From NCBI GenBank assembly GCA_035461905.1, contig DATHUV010000143.1, positions 1,587 through 65,586 of the forward strand: DNA of 64,000 nt, given 5' to 3'. Below, piece by piece: positions 8,983 to 18,803 of this stretch. The stretch is from Acidimicrobiia bacterium (GTDB taxonomy: Bacteria > Actinomycetota > Acidimicrobiia > Spongiisociales > UBA5794). Within the stretch, counting starts at the first letter, position 1. Each line of letters opens with the position of its first letter. The position numbers and the translations under genes were made by a program. A model generated the notes under the pieces. It made no database searches. It was not told where the DNA came from and worked only from the letters and a program-made list of their open reading frames with translations.

Positions 8983-9447
8983 TCAGCCCTTGCAGTCGGC
9001 GACCCGGTTGTAAAAGGCGAGGAACGCCTCGTACACGCGGCCGGTGGTGACGACGGTTCCGATACCGGGGATGTAGGGGAGGTGACCCCTGGGTGCGTCG
9101 AGGGAGTAGATGAGGTCGCCTGCCTCGATCCACTCCCTGCCGCGTACCCATCCGACCTCGCGGCCGAACGAGCGCCAGGTCTCGTTGGTGGCGAGGCTGT
9201 CCTTGAGTTCCGTTGCGAGGATTCGTTGCTGCGTGCCGAGGCCGAAGTGGCCGTCGCTCGCACTCGTCCACGCATCGTCGATGGCCACCAGGAGATCACA
9301 GTGAAGGAGAGAGGCCTCGTCCGCATCGACGCCGATGAATCCGCCGACGTCTGCATCCTCGATCAGGAGCCTCCGTGTCTCGTCGTCGGCGGCATGCCAC
9401 TCGCGTGCCTCGAGTAGTGCTCGCAGTGCGGCTGTCGTGTCATCCAT
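8983..9447 (-). CDS. GUN4-like domain protein
   Basis: Track ORF 8983..10089 trimmed to the ATG at complement 9445-9447 (MDDTTAALRALLEAREWHAADDETRRLL...). The pattern CDLLVAIDDAW..GHFGLGTQQRI..W..FGREVGW..W....DLIYSLDAPRGHLP follows the GUN4 porphyrin-binding domain consensus. Confidence 0.65.
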   Translation of the reverse strand: MDDTTAALRALLEAREWHAADDETRRLLIEDADVGGFIGVDADEASLLHCDLLVAIDDAWTSASDGHFGLGTQQRILATELKDSLATNETWRSFGREVGWVRGREWIEAGDLIYSLDAPRGHLPYIPGIGTVVTTGRVYEAFLAFYNRVADCKG

Positions 9448-9467
9448 GGTCAGCGCCAGACTACCGG

Positions 9468-10418
9468 TCAGGCGGGCCACGTTCGCGACCACGCCTCGAT
9501 GCGCTCGATCTCGGTGAATCCGAGGCGCCCGTACACGAGGTTGGACGGGTTGTCCGATCCAGTGCTCACGGTCGCCCTGGTTGCGCCGAGCGCCCACGCC
9601 CGACGAAGGCCTTCTGCCATGCACGCCGAGGCGAGGCCGCGGCGCCGGTGGTCGGGATGGGTGCACACCGGTTCGACGATCGCCAAGGCGTTGCGTCGAT
9701 CGATGACGATCCCTGCATGGGCGGCGAAGGTCCCGTCCGGTGCCTCTGCGATCATCACGAGGTCCGGAACGAACGATGGCGCTCGCTCGAAGTGCAACAG
9801 GACACTGGCGTCGAAGGAATGGCCGAAGGCGGCGTTGATGAGGTCGGCGAGCCTCTGCGCGTCGTCGGGATCGCCCGCTCGGGCGGACCGGATCGCATAG
9901 CCCTCGGCGTCTGGCAGCTCCGGTGGAGGCGTATCGAGCGATCGCCAGCGCTGCACCGACTCCCAGGCCTCCCTCGTGTAGCCCCTGGCCTCGAGCAGTT
10001 GGATCCGATGGAAGTCCCCTGAAACGACGAACGTCGTGAGCCTGGTGGCACCGCCCCCGATCTGCATTCGGAGGTTGGGTTCCGCCCACTCGAGCATCTC
10101 GGACTCGATGTCGGCATGGTCCGGGTCGACCTGCAGGTGGACGTCACCTCCGTCTTCGGGATGGGCCACGCCGACGATGTCACCGTCGGGCGTCTCCCAG
10201 ATCCGAATGTCCTGCATGGGCTCCGCGAGCTGCGCTTCGAGAGTCACAGGGTCGTCGTGCCAGAACCTGCCTTCCCACCGCCGAACCTCCCAGGCCCGGC
10301 TCGTTCCTGTGCGGGCATAGATGTCAGCGAGGAACCGCTGCACGGCCATCACGTCGGCAAGACCGTGCAGCGGCCGGCTCTGGACGGTCGATGGTGTCGC
10401 AACCGGGTGATCCATCAT
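9468..10418 (-). CDS. Two-domain GNAT family N-acetyltransferase
   Basis: Track ORF 9468..11252 trimmed to ATGATG at complement 10413-10418. The C-terminal half has an acetyl-CoA motif (VCTHPDHRRRGLASACM) and YGRLGF. 316 aa. Confidence 0.75.
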   Translation of the reverse strand: MMDHPVATPSTVQSRPLHGLADVMAVQRFLADIYARTGTSRAWEVRRWEGRFWHDDPVTLEAQLAEPMQDIRIWETPDGDIVGVAHPEDGGDVHLQVDPDHADIESEMLEWAEPNLRMQIGGGATRLTTFVVSGDFHRIQLLEARGYTREAWESVQRWRSLDTPPPELPDAEGYAIRSARAGDPDDAQRLADLINAAFGHSFDASVLLHFERAPSFVPDLVMIAEAPDGTFAAHAGIVIDRRNALAIVEPVCTHPDHRRRGLASACMAEGLRRAWALGATRATVSTGSDNPSNLVYGRLGFTEIERIEAWSRTWPA

Positions 10419-10438
10419 CCTCAGCCTCAGCGCGAAGT

Positions 10439-11080
10439 CTATTCCGTCGGCAACCCCGTGGACATGAGCCAGATGGCGAGGTTGCCTCCTGCGACGAGCC
10501 GGATCCGATCCACGGTCATGGGCGGAGTCACCGCCTCGTCGAGGCCACCTTCTGCGAGGTAGCGCCGCCAGTTCGAGTAGTGCGTGCGCCCAGCGAGGCG
10601 CTCGAGGACCACCGAGAACGCCCGCCACGCGTGGCCCCGCATGCGCCGGGGACCAGCGCGGTAGTCGATGACCAACATGGCGCCATCGTGTGCCGTGACA
10701 CGAACCATCTCGTCGAGGACGCCCGAACGCATCGCAGGCGCGAGTTCGTGCAGGAGGAGGGATGCGATCACCAGATCGAACGAACCGTCCGGGAACGAGA
10801 GGCTCGTCGCGTCCTCGCAGATGAGGTCGGCCCCTTCGCCGAGGCGTTCGGCGGCTACGGCGAGCATCGCAGGGGAGAGGTCGACGCCCGTCACGTTCGC
10901 CCCTCCTTCGGCGTATCGCTCGAGCTGGGTTCCGGTGCCGCACCCCACGTCGAGCACTCTCATCCCTGGTGCCGGAGGAGCCACGTCGAGCGCCCGCGAC
11001 CGCAGCGGCGAGGTGATGGGCTCGAGGATGCGATCGTAGATTCGTGCAATCGTCCCGTACGCATCGTGGTCGGACGTCAT
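10439..11080 (-). CDS. Class I SAM-dependent methyltransferase
   Basis: 213 aa with motif I VLDVGCGTG, DLSPAML and FDLVIASLLLHE. Confidence 0.85.
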   Translation of the reverse strand: MTSDHDAYGTIARIYDRILEPITSPLRSRALDVAPPAPGMRVLDVGCGTGTQLERYAEGGANVTGVDLSPAMLAVAAERLGEGADLICEDATSLSFPDGSFDLVIASLLLHELAPAMRSGVLDEMVRVTAHDGAMLVIDYRAGPRRMRGHAWRAFSVVLERLAGRTHYSNWRRYLAEGGLDEAVTPPMTVDRIRLVAGGNLAIWLMSTGLPTE

Positions 11081-11184
11081 CCCGACACCATACGGTGCTT
11101 CGCCCTCGCGGGCTGCTCGCCATGCGCGGCCGAGTAGGGTTGCACGCTCCGAATCGTTCGATCGTGAGAAGGAGGAGGCACCCG

Positions 11185-11613
11185 ATGGAACGCCATGGCA
11201 CAGACGTCGACGGGTTCATCGCATCGCTCCCGGAGGCCAATCGGGCGGACATCGCGGCGCTGGACGAGATGGTCTCCGACGTGATGGCCGGTCACCCCAG
11301 GGAGCTCTACGAGGGGAAGTTCTGGGGAGGGTCGGACCAGGAGATCATCGGGTACGGCCGCACCCAATCCCAGCGCTCCGACAAGTCGGGCGTCGAATGG
11401 TTCGTCATCGGCCTTGCGATGCAGAAGAACTACATCAGCCTCTACGTCTCCGCCGTCGAGGATGGCCGGTACATCGCCGAGACGTACGGTCCCGATCTCG
11501 GGAAGGTGAAGGCGGGCAAGTCCGTCATCAGCTTCACGTCCCTCGATGATGTCGACTCGACCAGGCTCCGCACCATGTTGGAGCGAGCCCGAGACGCATC
11601 GACGGGGGCATAA
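11185..11613 (+). CDS. DUF1801 (YdhG-like) domain protein
   Basis: Track ORF 11044..11613 trimmed to ATG 11185, which has GAAGGAGGAGG upstream. VDGFIASLPEANRADIAALDEMV..KNYISLY is typical of DUF1801. Confidence 0.65.
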   Translation: MERHGTDVDGFIASLPEANRADIAALDEMVSDVMAGHPRELYEGKFWGGSDQEIIGYGRTQSQRSDKSGVEWFVIGLAMQKNYISLYVSAVEDGRYIAETYGPDLGKVKAGKSVISFTSLDDVDSTRLRTMLERARDASTGA

Positions 11614-11614
11614 C

Positions 11615-13057
11615 GTGGCAGCACAGGATCTCGAGATCTACATCGCAGGAGAGTGGACACAAGGCACGGGCGATGACCACCACGAGCTGGTCTCCCCGGT
11701 GACAGGGGAGCACATCGCCAACGTCCCGATCGCGTCCCCGTCCGACGTCGAGCGTGCACTTCTCGCCGCCAGGGAGGCCCAGGACGAGTACCGACACTGG
11801 AGCGCCATCGAGCGGGCCGACCTCATGCACCGTGTCGCAACGGCCGTGTCCGAGAACATCGAGGAGGTCGCTCGAATCCAGACCCTCGAGCAGGGCAAGC
11901 CGTACCACGCCGAATCGCTCGACGACATCACCGAGGCGAATCAGTACTTCCTCAACGCCGCCGAGGACGTCAAGCGCCTGAACGGCTCCGTCCTACCGAC
12001 GTCGGATCGGAACAAGCGCATGTTCACGTTCCCGAGGCCCGTCGGTGTCTGGGCGGCCATCACCCCGTGGAACTTCCCCGTCACGATCCCCCTCGAGTAC
12101 ATCGGTCCGGGACTCGCAACTGGGAACGCCGTCGTGGCGAAGCCTCCCGAGTTCACCTCCTGGGCCCTGCTCGAACTGGCCAAGGCGTTCGAGGCAGCGG
12201 GCGTCCCCAAGGGTCTCGTGTCGATCATCCCGGGCGGGGCGTCGATCGGTGAGCAGCTCGTCACGTCCTATCACGTCGACGGTGTGGGCTTCACAGGGTC
12301 ATCCGAGACCGGGAAGCGGATCCTGGCGATCATGGGCATCAAACGCTCGATCATGGAGATGTCCGGCAACGGACCGACGATCGTCACCGCCGACGCCGAT
12401 GTCGCGGCTGCCGCCGAGCTCGCCGTCTACGGCGCGTACTACAACGCCGGGCAGGTGTGCTGTGCGACCGAGAAGCTCATCGTGGTGGACGACGTCCATG
12501 ACGAGTTCGTCGAACGCGCCCGCACCGCCGCGAAAGCCGTCAGGCTGGGTGATCCCTTCGACGAGTCCACCACGATGGGGCCGCTCAACAACGAGGCCAC
12601 GGCGGCCAAGATGGATCGACACGTGGCGGACGCCCTCGAGCGCGGTGCCGACCTGCTCGTGGGTGGCCGACGTGCCCCCGGGTACCCGACCGACCTGTAC
12701 TACGAGTTCACCCTCCTCGATGGCGTCTCCGAAACAGCCCTCGTCGCGACCGAGGAGTCCTTCGGTCCCGTCCTTCCGGTACTCACCGCGCGTGATGACG
12801 AGCACGCCGTTGCGATCGCCTCCTCATCGCGGCTCGGTCTCCAGGCCGCGGTGTTCACGAGGTCCCTCGGCAAGGCGTTCTGGTACACCGACCGGATCAA
12901 GGCGGGGACCGTGATCATCAACGACTCCACCGATTTCTGGGAGACGTTCCAACCTTTCGGCGGTGCCGCGGGAACCGACTCCGGCTGGGGGCGGGGAACG
13001 ATCGGCGACTTCACCGACCTCCAGACGATGATCGTCGACGTCTCGGACACGACCTGA
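11615..13057 (+). CDS. NAD(P)-dependent aldehyde dehydrogenase
   Basis: GTG 11615 lies 1 nt after the upstream TAA. Motifs seen: WNFP, catalytic Glu in MEMSGNGP, catalytic Cys in YNAGQVCCATE, and EESFGPV. 480 aa. Confidence 0.9.
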   Translation: MAAQDLEIYIAGEWTQGTGDDHHELVSPVTGEHIANVPIASPSDVERALLAAREAQDEYRHWSAIERADLMHRVATAVSENIEEVARIQTLEQGKPYHAESLDDITEANQYFLNAAEDVKRLNGSVLPTSDRNKRMFTFPRPVGVWAAITPWNFPVTIPLEYIGPGLATGNAVVAKPPEFTSWALLELAKAFEAAGVPKGLVSIIPGGASIGEQLVTSYHVDGVGFTGSSETGKRILAIMGIKRSIMEMSGNGPTIVTADADVAAAAELAVYGAYYNAGQVCCATEKLIVVDDVHDEFVERARTAAKAVRLGDPFDESTTMGPLNNEATAAKMDRHVADALERGADLLVGGRRAPGYPTDLYYEFTLLDGVSETALVATEESFGPVLPVLTARDDEHAVAIASSSRLGLQAAVFTRSLGKAFWYTDRIKAGTVIINDSTDFWETFQPFGGAAGTDSGWGRGTIGDFTDLQTMIVDVSDTT

Positions 13058-13108
13058 TCGATTCGTCGGTTCGGTCCACTGGTAGCGTGGGAGGGCAGCG
13101 AGAACGAG

Positions 13109-13969
13109 GTGGCTGACGTGTCCGTGCGACGTGTGGCGGTGACCGGGGGAAGCGGCAAGGCGGGTGTCGCGGTGGTGGAGGACCTGCGTGACCACGGGTT
13201 CGAGGTGCGGTCGATCGACATCGCCGAGTCCCGCGATCCGGACCAGCCGACTCTCATCGCGGACCTCACGGACCTCGGCCAGACGATCGAGTCCCTCGAC
13301 GGATTCGATGCCGTTGTCCACCTCGCGGCGATCCCAGCGCCCAACATCGTCCCCAACGGCGAGACCTTCCGAACGAACATGATGTCGACGTACAACGTCT
13401 TCACCGCTGCGATGAAGCTGAAGTTGCGGAGGGTCGTCTGGGCGTCCTCCGAAACGCTGATCGGGCTCCCCTTCGAGCGTGAGCAGCCGAGGTACGCACC
13501 GATCGACGAGGCTCATCCCCTCCTCCCGGAGTCCCACTACGCGCTGTCGAAGATCGCGGGCGAGTCGATCGCGGGGCAGTTCGCACGCTGGAGCGGCACC
13601 GCCCACGTGTCCCTCCGGATCTCGAACATCATGAACCCCGTCGACTACACCGACCGGTTCCCCAGCTTCTGGGACGACCCGCACCCGCGGGCGTGGAACC
13701 TCTGGGGATACGTCGATGCGAGGGACGTCGCCCAAGCGGCAAGGCTCGCCCTCATCGGGGACGTGACCGGACACGAGGCCTTCCTCGTTGCCGCGGCCGA
13801 CACCTGCATGACCACACCGAGTGCTTCGCTGCTCGAGGCGGTGTACCCGGACGTGGAACTGAGGCGACCCGTCGCGGGCAATGAAACACTCCTGGCGATC
13901 GACAAGGCACGAGCAGTGCTCGGATACGAACCCGGCCACTCCTGGCGAGATCACGTCGCTGCGCCGTGA
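13109..13969 (+). CDS. NAD-dependent epimerase/dehydratase family protein
   Basis: 286 aa, GTG start, with VTGGSGKAG and catalytic YALSK. Confidence 0.85.
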   Translation: MADVSVRRVAVTGGSGKAGVAVVEDLRDHGFEVRSIDIAESRDPDQPTLIADLTDLGQTIESLDGFDAVVHLAAIPAPNIVPNGETFRTNMMSTYNVFTAAMKLKLRRVVWASSETLIGLPFEREQPRYAPIDEAHPLLPESHYALSKIAGESIAGQFARWSGTAHVSLRISNIMNPVDYTDRFPSFWDDPHPRAWNLWGYVDARDVAQAARLALIGDVTGHEAFLVAAADTCMTTPSASLLEAVYPDVELRRPVAGNETLLAIDKARAVLGYEPGHSWRDHVAAP

Positions 13970-14847
13970 CAGGACAGGTCGGGCTCAGGGCAGTGGTGTT
14001 GGGCGGTGTGGCATGGAACACGATGATCTACCTCGATCGGTTCCCCGAGGCCTCGCCTCATACCGTCTTCCCGATCCGCACGCATCAGACCGTGGGCTCA
14101 TCCGGAGCCGGTAAGGCGCTGAACCTCGCAGGTCTCGGCGTCAACGTCACGCTGTGGGCGCTCATGGGCGATGACGAGAACGGTCGACGGATCATGGATG
14201 TCATGGATTCCGCAGGCGTCACCCTGATGACAGAGATCGACCCGGCCGGAACCGCGCGTCACGTCAACCTCATGGACCGCACAGGCGAGCGCATCTCGAT
14301 CTTCGAGAACCCTGGATCCCTGAACCATGTGGTCGACCCGACACCCGTAGACGCGGTCCTCGAAGGTGCGGACATCGTGTCCGTGACGATCCTCGATCAC
14401 TGTCGGGCGTTCCTCCCGAGAATCGACCAACTCGGGTGCGACACCTGGGTCGACGTACACGACTACGACGGCGTGGACGGGTATCACCGCCAGTTCATCG
14501 AGGCAGCCGATTACCTATTCCTCAGCTCCGTCCGGCTCGAGGGATGGAGGTCGTTCGCTGAGGCCCGTATCGAGGCGGGATCGCGTGCGGTGGTGGTCAC
14601 GCATGGCGCAGGTGGCGCCTCCGGTATCGATCCGGATCACGGATGGTGCGATGTCCCAGCCTCTCATGTCGAGCACTTCGTCGATACGAACGGTGCGGGA
14701 GACGCGTTCTTCGCGGGCTTCGCCGTCGCGTGGCTCGGAAAGGGAGACCTCGATGCCGCTATGCGCGCAGGTGCCGACAACGCGGCGCTGGCCATTGCGT
14801 CTCCGGACCTCGCCTCGGCGTCTCCGGGCAGGGGCCCCAGCCGATAG
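13966..14847 (+). CDS. PfkB-family carbohydrate/nucleoside kinase
   Basis: The start overlaps the upstream stop (GTGA). It has a GSSGAGKALN region and the C-terminal DTNGAGDAF anion-hole motif. Confidence 0.8.
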   Translation: MTGQVGLRAVVLGGVAWNTMIYLDRFPEASPHTVFPIRTHQTVGSSGAGKALNLAGLGVNVTLWALMGDDENGRRIMDVMDSAGVTLMTEIDPAGTARHVNLMDRTGERISIFENPGSLNHVVDPTPVDAVLEGADIVSVTILDHCRAFLPRIDQLGCDTWVDVHDYDGVDGYHRQFIEAADYLFLSSVRLEGWRSFAEARIEAGSRAVVVTHGAGGASGIDPDHGWCDVPASHVEHFVDTNGAGDAFFAGFAVAWLGKGDLDAAMRAGADNAALAIASPDLASASPGRGPSR

Positions 14848-14880
14848 ATCCGAAACGGCCCGTGGCTGCGAACACGTGTC

Positions 14881-15576
14881 ATGGCGTCCATCGACCTCCA
14901 CTCCTCGTCCGTCCTCGTACTCGGTGGCTCTGGTGCGCTCGGGAGCCGCATCGCCGGGCGCCTCGCTGACGAGGGCGCGCTCATCACGGTCGCCGGCAGA
15001 TCGCGTGAGCGGCTCGATGCGGTCGCCGCGTGCATTCCGGGTGCGGCGACGTCCGTCTTCGATCTCTCCGATCCGCATGACGCACACACCCCGGTGGACG
15101 CAGCGATCGCTGCGCACGGACGACTCGACGGAATCGTCAACGCCGCAGGCGTCGTCGCCTTCGGACTCCTCTCCGACACCGATCCGGAGGTGATCGACGA
15201 GGTCATCGCCGTCGACCTCACCGGTCCCCTCCACCTCTACCGCTACGCGATCCCGCGGATGGACGGAGGCTTCATCGTGAACCTGAGCGGGATCGTGGCA
15301 ACGATGCCGACCGCCGGCATGGCAACGTACTCGGCTGCGAAGGCCGGGCTGTCCGCAGCGACGGTGGCCCTCACCCGCGAGCTGCGACGGATCGGCATCA
15401 CCGTGATCGATGCCAGGCCGCCCCACACCGAGACTGGCCTCGTCGACCGCGCGATCGCAGGTGAAGCACCGAATCTTCCTCCAGGTATGTCTCCCGACGC
15501 AGTGGCCGACCGGATCGTGGTGAGCATCAAGCAAGGCGAGCGAGTCCTTGAATCGGAGTCCTTTGACGCTGTGTAG
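14881..15576 (+). CDS. Short-chain dehydrogenase/reductase (SDR)
   Basis: 231 aa with VLGGSGALG, NAAG and catalytic YSAAK. Confidence 0.8.
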   Translation: MASIDLHSSSVLVLGGSGALGSRIAGRLADEGALITVAGRSRERLDAVAACIPGAATSVFDLSDPHDAHTPVDAAIAAHGRLDGIVNAAGVVAFGLLSDTDPEVIDEVIAVDLTGPLHLYRYAIPRMDGGFIVNLSGIVATMPTAGMATYSAAKAGLSAATVALTRELRRIGITVIDARPPHTETGLVDRAIAGEAPNLPPGMSPDAVADRIVVSIKQGERVLESESFDAV

Positions 15577-15605
15577 CTGACGCCCCCTGCCGGGACGTCA
15601 GCTAC
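15573..15605. terminator. 10-bp stem hairpin overlapping the SDR stop codon
   Basis: GTAGCTGACG (15573-15582) pairs with CGTCAGCTAC (15596-15605) around a 13-nt loop. There is no U-tract. Confidence 0.35.
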
Positions 15606-15628
15606 GCGGCGACGGGTAGGGTGGCTCG

Positions 15629-17185
15629 ATGCCCGTCACGTTCACCAATGGTCCGATATGGACGGGTACCGGCTCCACGCCCGACTGGGTAACGATCGAC
15701 GGTTCGACGATTGCGGGCCTCGGCGTCGGACCGCCACCACCCGGCGAGGCCTTCGACCTCGACGGTCGGGCGCTTCTCCCCGGTTTCCAGGACGCCCACG
15801 TCCATCCACCCATCGGCGGCATGGCGATGATCCGCTGCGAACTCCACGACATCGAACCTTCCCGATATGAGGCGACCATCGCCGCGTACGCCGAGGCGAA
15901 CCCAGACAGGCCCTGGATCCTCGGAGGCGGGTGGCCGATGAACGCGTTCGAAGGCGGCATCGCCCGCAAGGAGGTCCTCGACCGCCTCGTCCCGGATCGA
16001 CCCGTCCTCCTCCATTCGAGCGAGGGTCATGCAGCCTGGGTGAACTCCGCGGCATTGGCGCTCGCGGGGATCGATGGATCGACTCCGGACCCTGCGCATG
16101 GAAGGATCGAGCGGGATCCCGATGGCACCCCGAACGGCACCCTCCAGGAGGGAGCGGTCGATCTGGTCGATCGGTACACACCCCCGGACACCCTCGACGA
16201 CCTGCTCGAGGCGATCATCGCTGCCCAGGACTACCTCTTGTCGTTCGGCGTCACGGCATGGCAGGACGCATGGGTACGCCCAATCGACCACGCGGCGTAC
16301 CGGGAACTCGACGGACGCGGCGACCTCATCGGATCCGTGTTCGGCTCCCTGTGGTGGAATCGGGACCGAGGTGCCGAGCAGCTCGGCGAACTGATGGCAA
16401 TGGCGGGCGAAGGGACGCAGCGCTACCGGCCCAGGGGGATCAAGCTGATGGTGGACGGCGTCATCGAGAACGGCACGGGCGCGGTCTGCGCTCCCTACGT
16501 CGACAGCGGTGGCCACGGGATCACGTTCCTCGATGCCGACACCCTTTCAGGCATCGTGCCCCGGATCATGGCCGCCGGGATCCAGCCCCACTTCCACGCG
16601 ATCGGGGATTGCGCGATCCGTAGCGCCCTCAACGCCGTCGCCGCCGGGCGTCCCGAGGATGTCCGGCGCTCGCGACCCCATATCGCCCACATCCACCTCA
16701 TCGATCCCGTCGACGTACCTCGATTCGCGTCCCTCGGCGTCGCGGCGAACGCCCAGACGCTGTGGGCATGCCACGACGCGACCATGGTCGACCTCACGAT
16801 TCCCAGGCTGGGCGCGGACCGGGCATCGTGGCAGTATCCGTTCCGGTCCCTCCTCGATGCAGGCGCACATCTTGCGGCAGGGTCGGACTGGTCCGTGTCA
16901 ACTCCCGACCCATTCGCCCAGATGGCGGTCGCCGTCTCGAGGCGATCGGAGCCGGACCAGGTGCCGTTCCTCCCCGATGAGGCGATCACGGTCGAAGAGG
17001 CCCTCATTGCGTTCACCCGTGGAACGGCATTCGTCAACCACGACGAGGGCCGCACCGGAACCATCGAGATCGGCAAAGCGGCTGACCTCGTCGTTGCATC
17101 TGACGACCCGTTCAGCGTTGCGGACCTCTCGTCGGTGAGGACGGAGGCGACGTTCGTCGATGGTCGTGTGGTCCACGAGCGTTGA
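15629..17185 (+). CDS. Amidohydrolase family protein (YtcJ-like, amidohydrolase-3)
   Basis: 518 aa. Motifs seen: N-terminal GFQDAHVHP metal site, later HAIGD, and a C-terminal GTIEIGKAADLVV pattern. Confidence 0.85.
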   Translation: MPVTFTNGPIWTGTGSTPDWVTIDGSTIAGLGVGPPPPGEAFDLDGRALLPGFQDAHVHPPIGGMAMIRCELHDIEPSRYEATIAAYAEANPDRPWILGGGWPMNAFEGGIARKEVLDRLVPDRPVLLHSSEGHAAWVNSAALALAGIDGSTPDPAHGRIERDPDGTPNGTLQEGAVDLVDRYTPPDTLDDLLEAIIAAQDYLLSFGVTAWQDAWVRPIDHAAYRELDGRGDLIGSVFGSLWWNRDRGAEQLGELMAMAGEGTQRYRPRGIKLMVDGVIENGTGAVCAPYVDSGGHGITFLDADTLSGIVPRIMAAGIQPHFHAIGDCAIRSALNAVAAGRPEDVRRSRPHIAHIHLIDPVDVPRFASLGVAANAQTLWACHDATMVDLTIPRLGADRASWQYPFRSLLDAGAHLAAGSDWSVSTPDPFAQMAVAVSRRSEPDQVPFLPDEAITVEEALIAFTRGTAFVNHDEGRTGTIEIGKAADLVVASDDPFSVADLSSVRTEATFVDGRVVHER

Positions 17186-17268
17186 GCGGGCCACATCCTC
17201 GGGGTGTTGCTTGCCAATCCGTGAACACGACCGGAATACGGGGTGTCGGGGCCTAGGTTGTCGGGACC

Positions 17269-18753
17269 GTGCGAAACCGAATCGTCCTCCTTGCAGCAGC
17301 GGTCGGCGTGATCGGCGTGGCATGCACGTCGAGCGGCTACGAGTTCGATGGCCTCGTGCCGACCTCGTCGACGGTGGCGGACTCCGATGGTGTCGCCCCT
17401 GGTGGTGTCGCCCCGGGTGAAGGGGTCGTTGTGGCGCCGGCTGAGCGGGCATCGGCCAGGAACCAGGTCGGGTACGTCTTCCCCCCAGCGCCGCCCGTCG
17501 ACACCGGTCCGGCCAATCCTGCGCTCGTTGCTGACATCGAAGCTCTGATTCGAGGACTCGACGTCTCGTTCAACTTCGAGACCCTGACACGCATCGGTGG
17601 TTCGGGTGATCCGCGCGCTGCGTGGCTCCTGTCCGACATCCTCAGGTTCGTCGGACGGGGCGAGGTCGAAACCGCGCTCGTGGATGCCTTCGAGGAACTC
17701 ACGGGTGCCTCGCTGGAGGACGACCCGGTGCTCGGGCGCAGTTCCTGGCAGTCGATGACCGATCATCTCATCGCATGGGACATCCCTGCCCTCGGGGGCT
17801 ACCCCTCGTGGAAGTCCCAGCTGTTCACGAGGGTCGAACCGAAGTGGCAGGCGTTCTTCGACGATCGCGATGCGCTCATCGACTGGCGGCTCGTGAGCTG
17901 GGGAGGTGTCCTGATCGACGACCGCCCGCTCGGAACCGCGACGGGGTGCGTTCGCGGGTGCATCCCTGCCCTCGACGATCCGGCCGTCACCGACGCCGGT
18001 GGCGGGAACTGGTACCCGGACGACCGGATCGTGTTCGGGGTGACCGTCAACGGGGAGTCCCGTGCGTATCCGAAGAACATCATGGAGGTCCACGAGATGG
18101 TGAACGACACCCTCGGTGGACGACGTCTCGGCATCCCGTACTGCACCCTCTGTGGATCAGCACAGGCGTATCTCACCGACGAGGTACCCGACGGCGTCGC
18201 TGAGCCGATCCTGCGGACCAGCGGTTTGTTGTCGCGGTCGAACAAGGTGATGTACGACCTCGTCACCTTCTCCGTGCTCGACACCTTCACCGGCGAAGCC
18301 CTCTCCGGTCCACTCCTTGACGCTGGCGTCACACTGTCGCAGACCTCGGTGGTGACCTCGACATGGGGGGAGTGGAGGATCGCGCACCCCGACACGACGA
18401 TCGTCGCCCGTGACGGCGGTATCGGTCGCTCGTACGACCTCGACCCGCTCGGTGGGCGCGACGACGACGGGCCGATCTTCCCGATCGGGGATGTCGATGA
18501 CCGGCTCCCCGTCCAGGCCAAGGTGCTCGGCGTCATTTACGAAGGTACGGCGATCGCTTTCGATGTTGAAGCCGCAGTGGCAACGATCGCTGCCGGGGGA
18601 GCAGTGGTGTGGAATGACATCGAGCTCGTCGCCGATGGATCCGGTGTTCGAGCGATGCGAACCGACGGGACACCCGTTGCCGCCCATGAGGCGTTCTGGT
18701 TCGCCTGGAGCCAGTTCCACCCCGACACCCTCGTGTGGACGACGAGCCCCTGA
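17269..18753 (+). CDS. DUF3179 domain lipoprotein
   Basis: GTG start. Signal peptide with lipobox (LLAAAVGVIGVAC/TSSG). The core FGVTVNGESRAYPKNIMEVHEMVNDTLGGRRLGIPYCTLCGSAQAY matches DUF3179. Confidence 0.7.
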   Translation: MRNRIVLLAAAVGVIGVACTSSGYEFDGLVPTSSTVADSDGVAPGGVAPGEGVVVAPAERASARNQVGYVFPPAPPVDTGPANPALVADIEALIRGLDVSFNFETLTRIGGSGDPRAAWLLSDILRFVGRGEVETALVDAFEELTGASLEDDPVLGRSSWQSMTDHLIAWDIPALGGYPSWKSQLFTRVEPKWQAFFDDRDALIDWRLVSWGGVLIDDRPLGTATGCVRGCIPALDDPAVTDAGGGNWYPDDRIVFGVTVNGESRAYPKNIMEVHEMVNDTLGGRRLGIPYCTLCGSAQAYLTDEVPDGVAEPILRTSGLLSRSNKVMYDLVTFSVLDTFTGEALSGPLLDAGVTLSQTSVVTSTWGEWRIAHPDTTIVARDGGIGRSYDLDPLGGRDDDGPIFPIGDVDDRLPVQAKVLGVIYEGTAIAFDVEAAVATIAAGGAVVWNDIELVADGSGVRAMRTDGTPVAAHEAFWFAWSQFHPDTLVWTTSP

Positions 18754-18803
18754 CCCGCCCGCGAAGGGGGCCGGTCAACGGTTGTCACACCTAGCCTTCG
18801 ACC

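Noticed and set aside
16495-18093. 532-aa minus-strand ORF
   Set aside because: It lies antisense to two well-supported plus-strand genes and the gap between them, and its product is low-complexity and Arg/Gly/Pro-rich. It is a typical GC-rich shadow frame. The same reasoning applies to 1319..2323, 21531..22607, 21778..23079, 30165..31121, 34548..35663 and 59172..59900.
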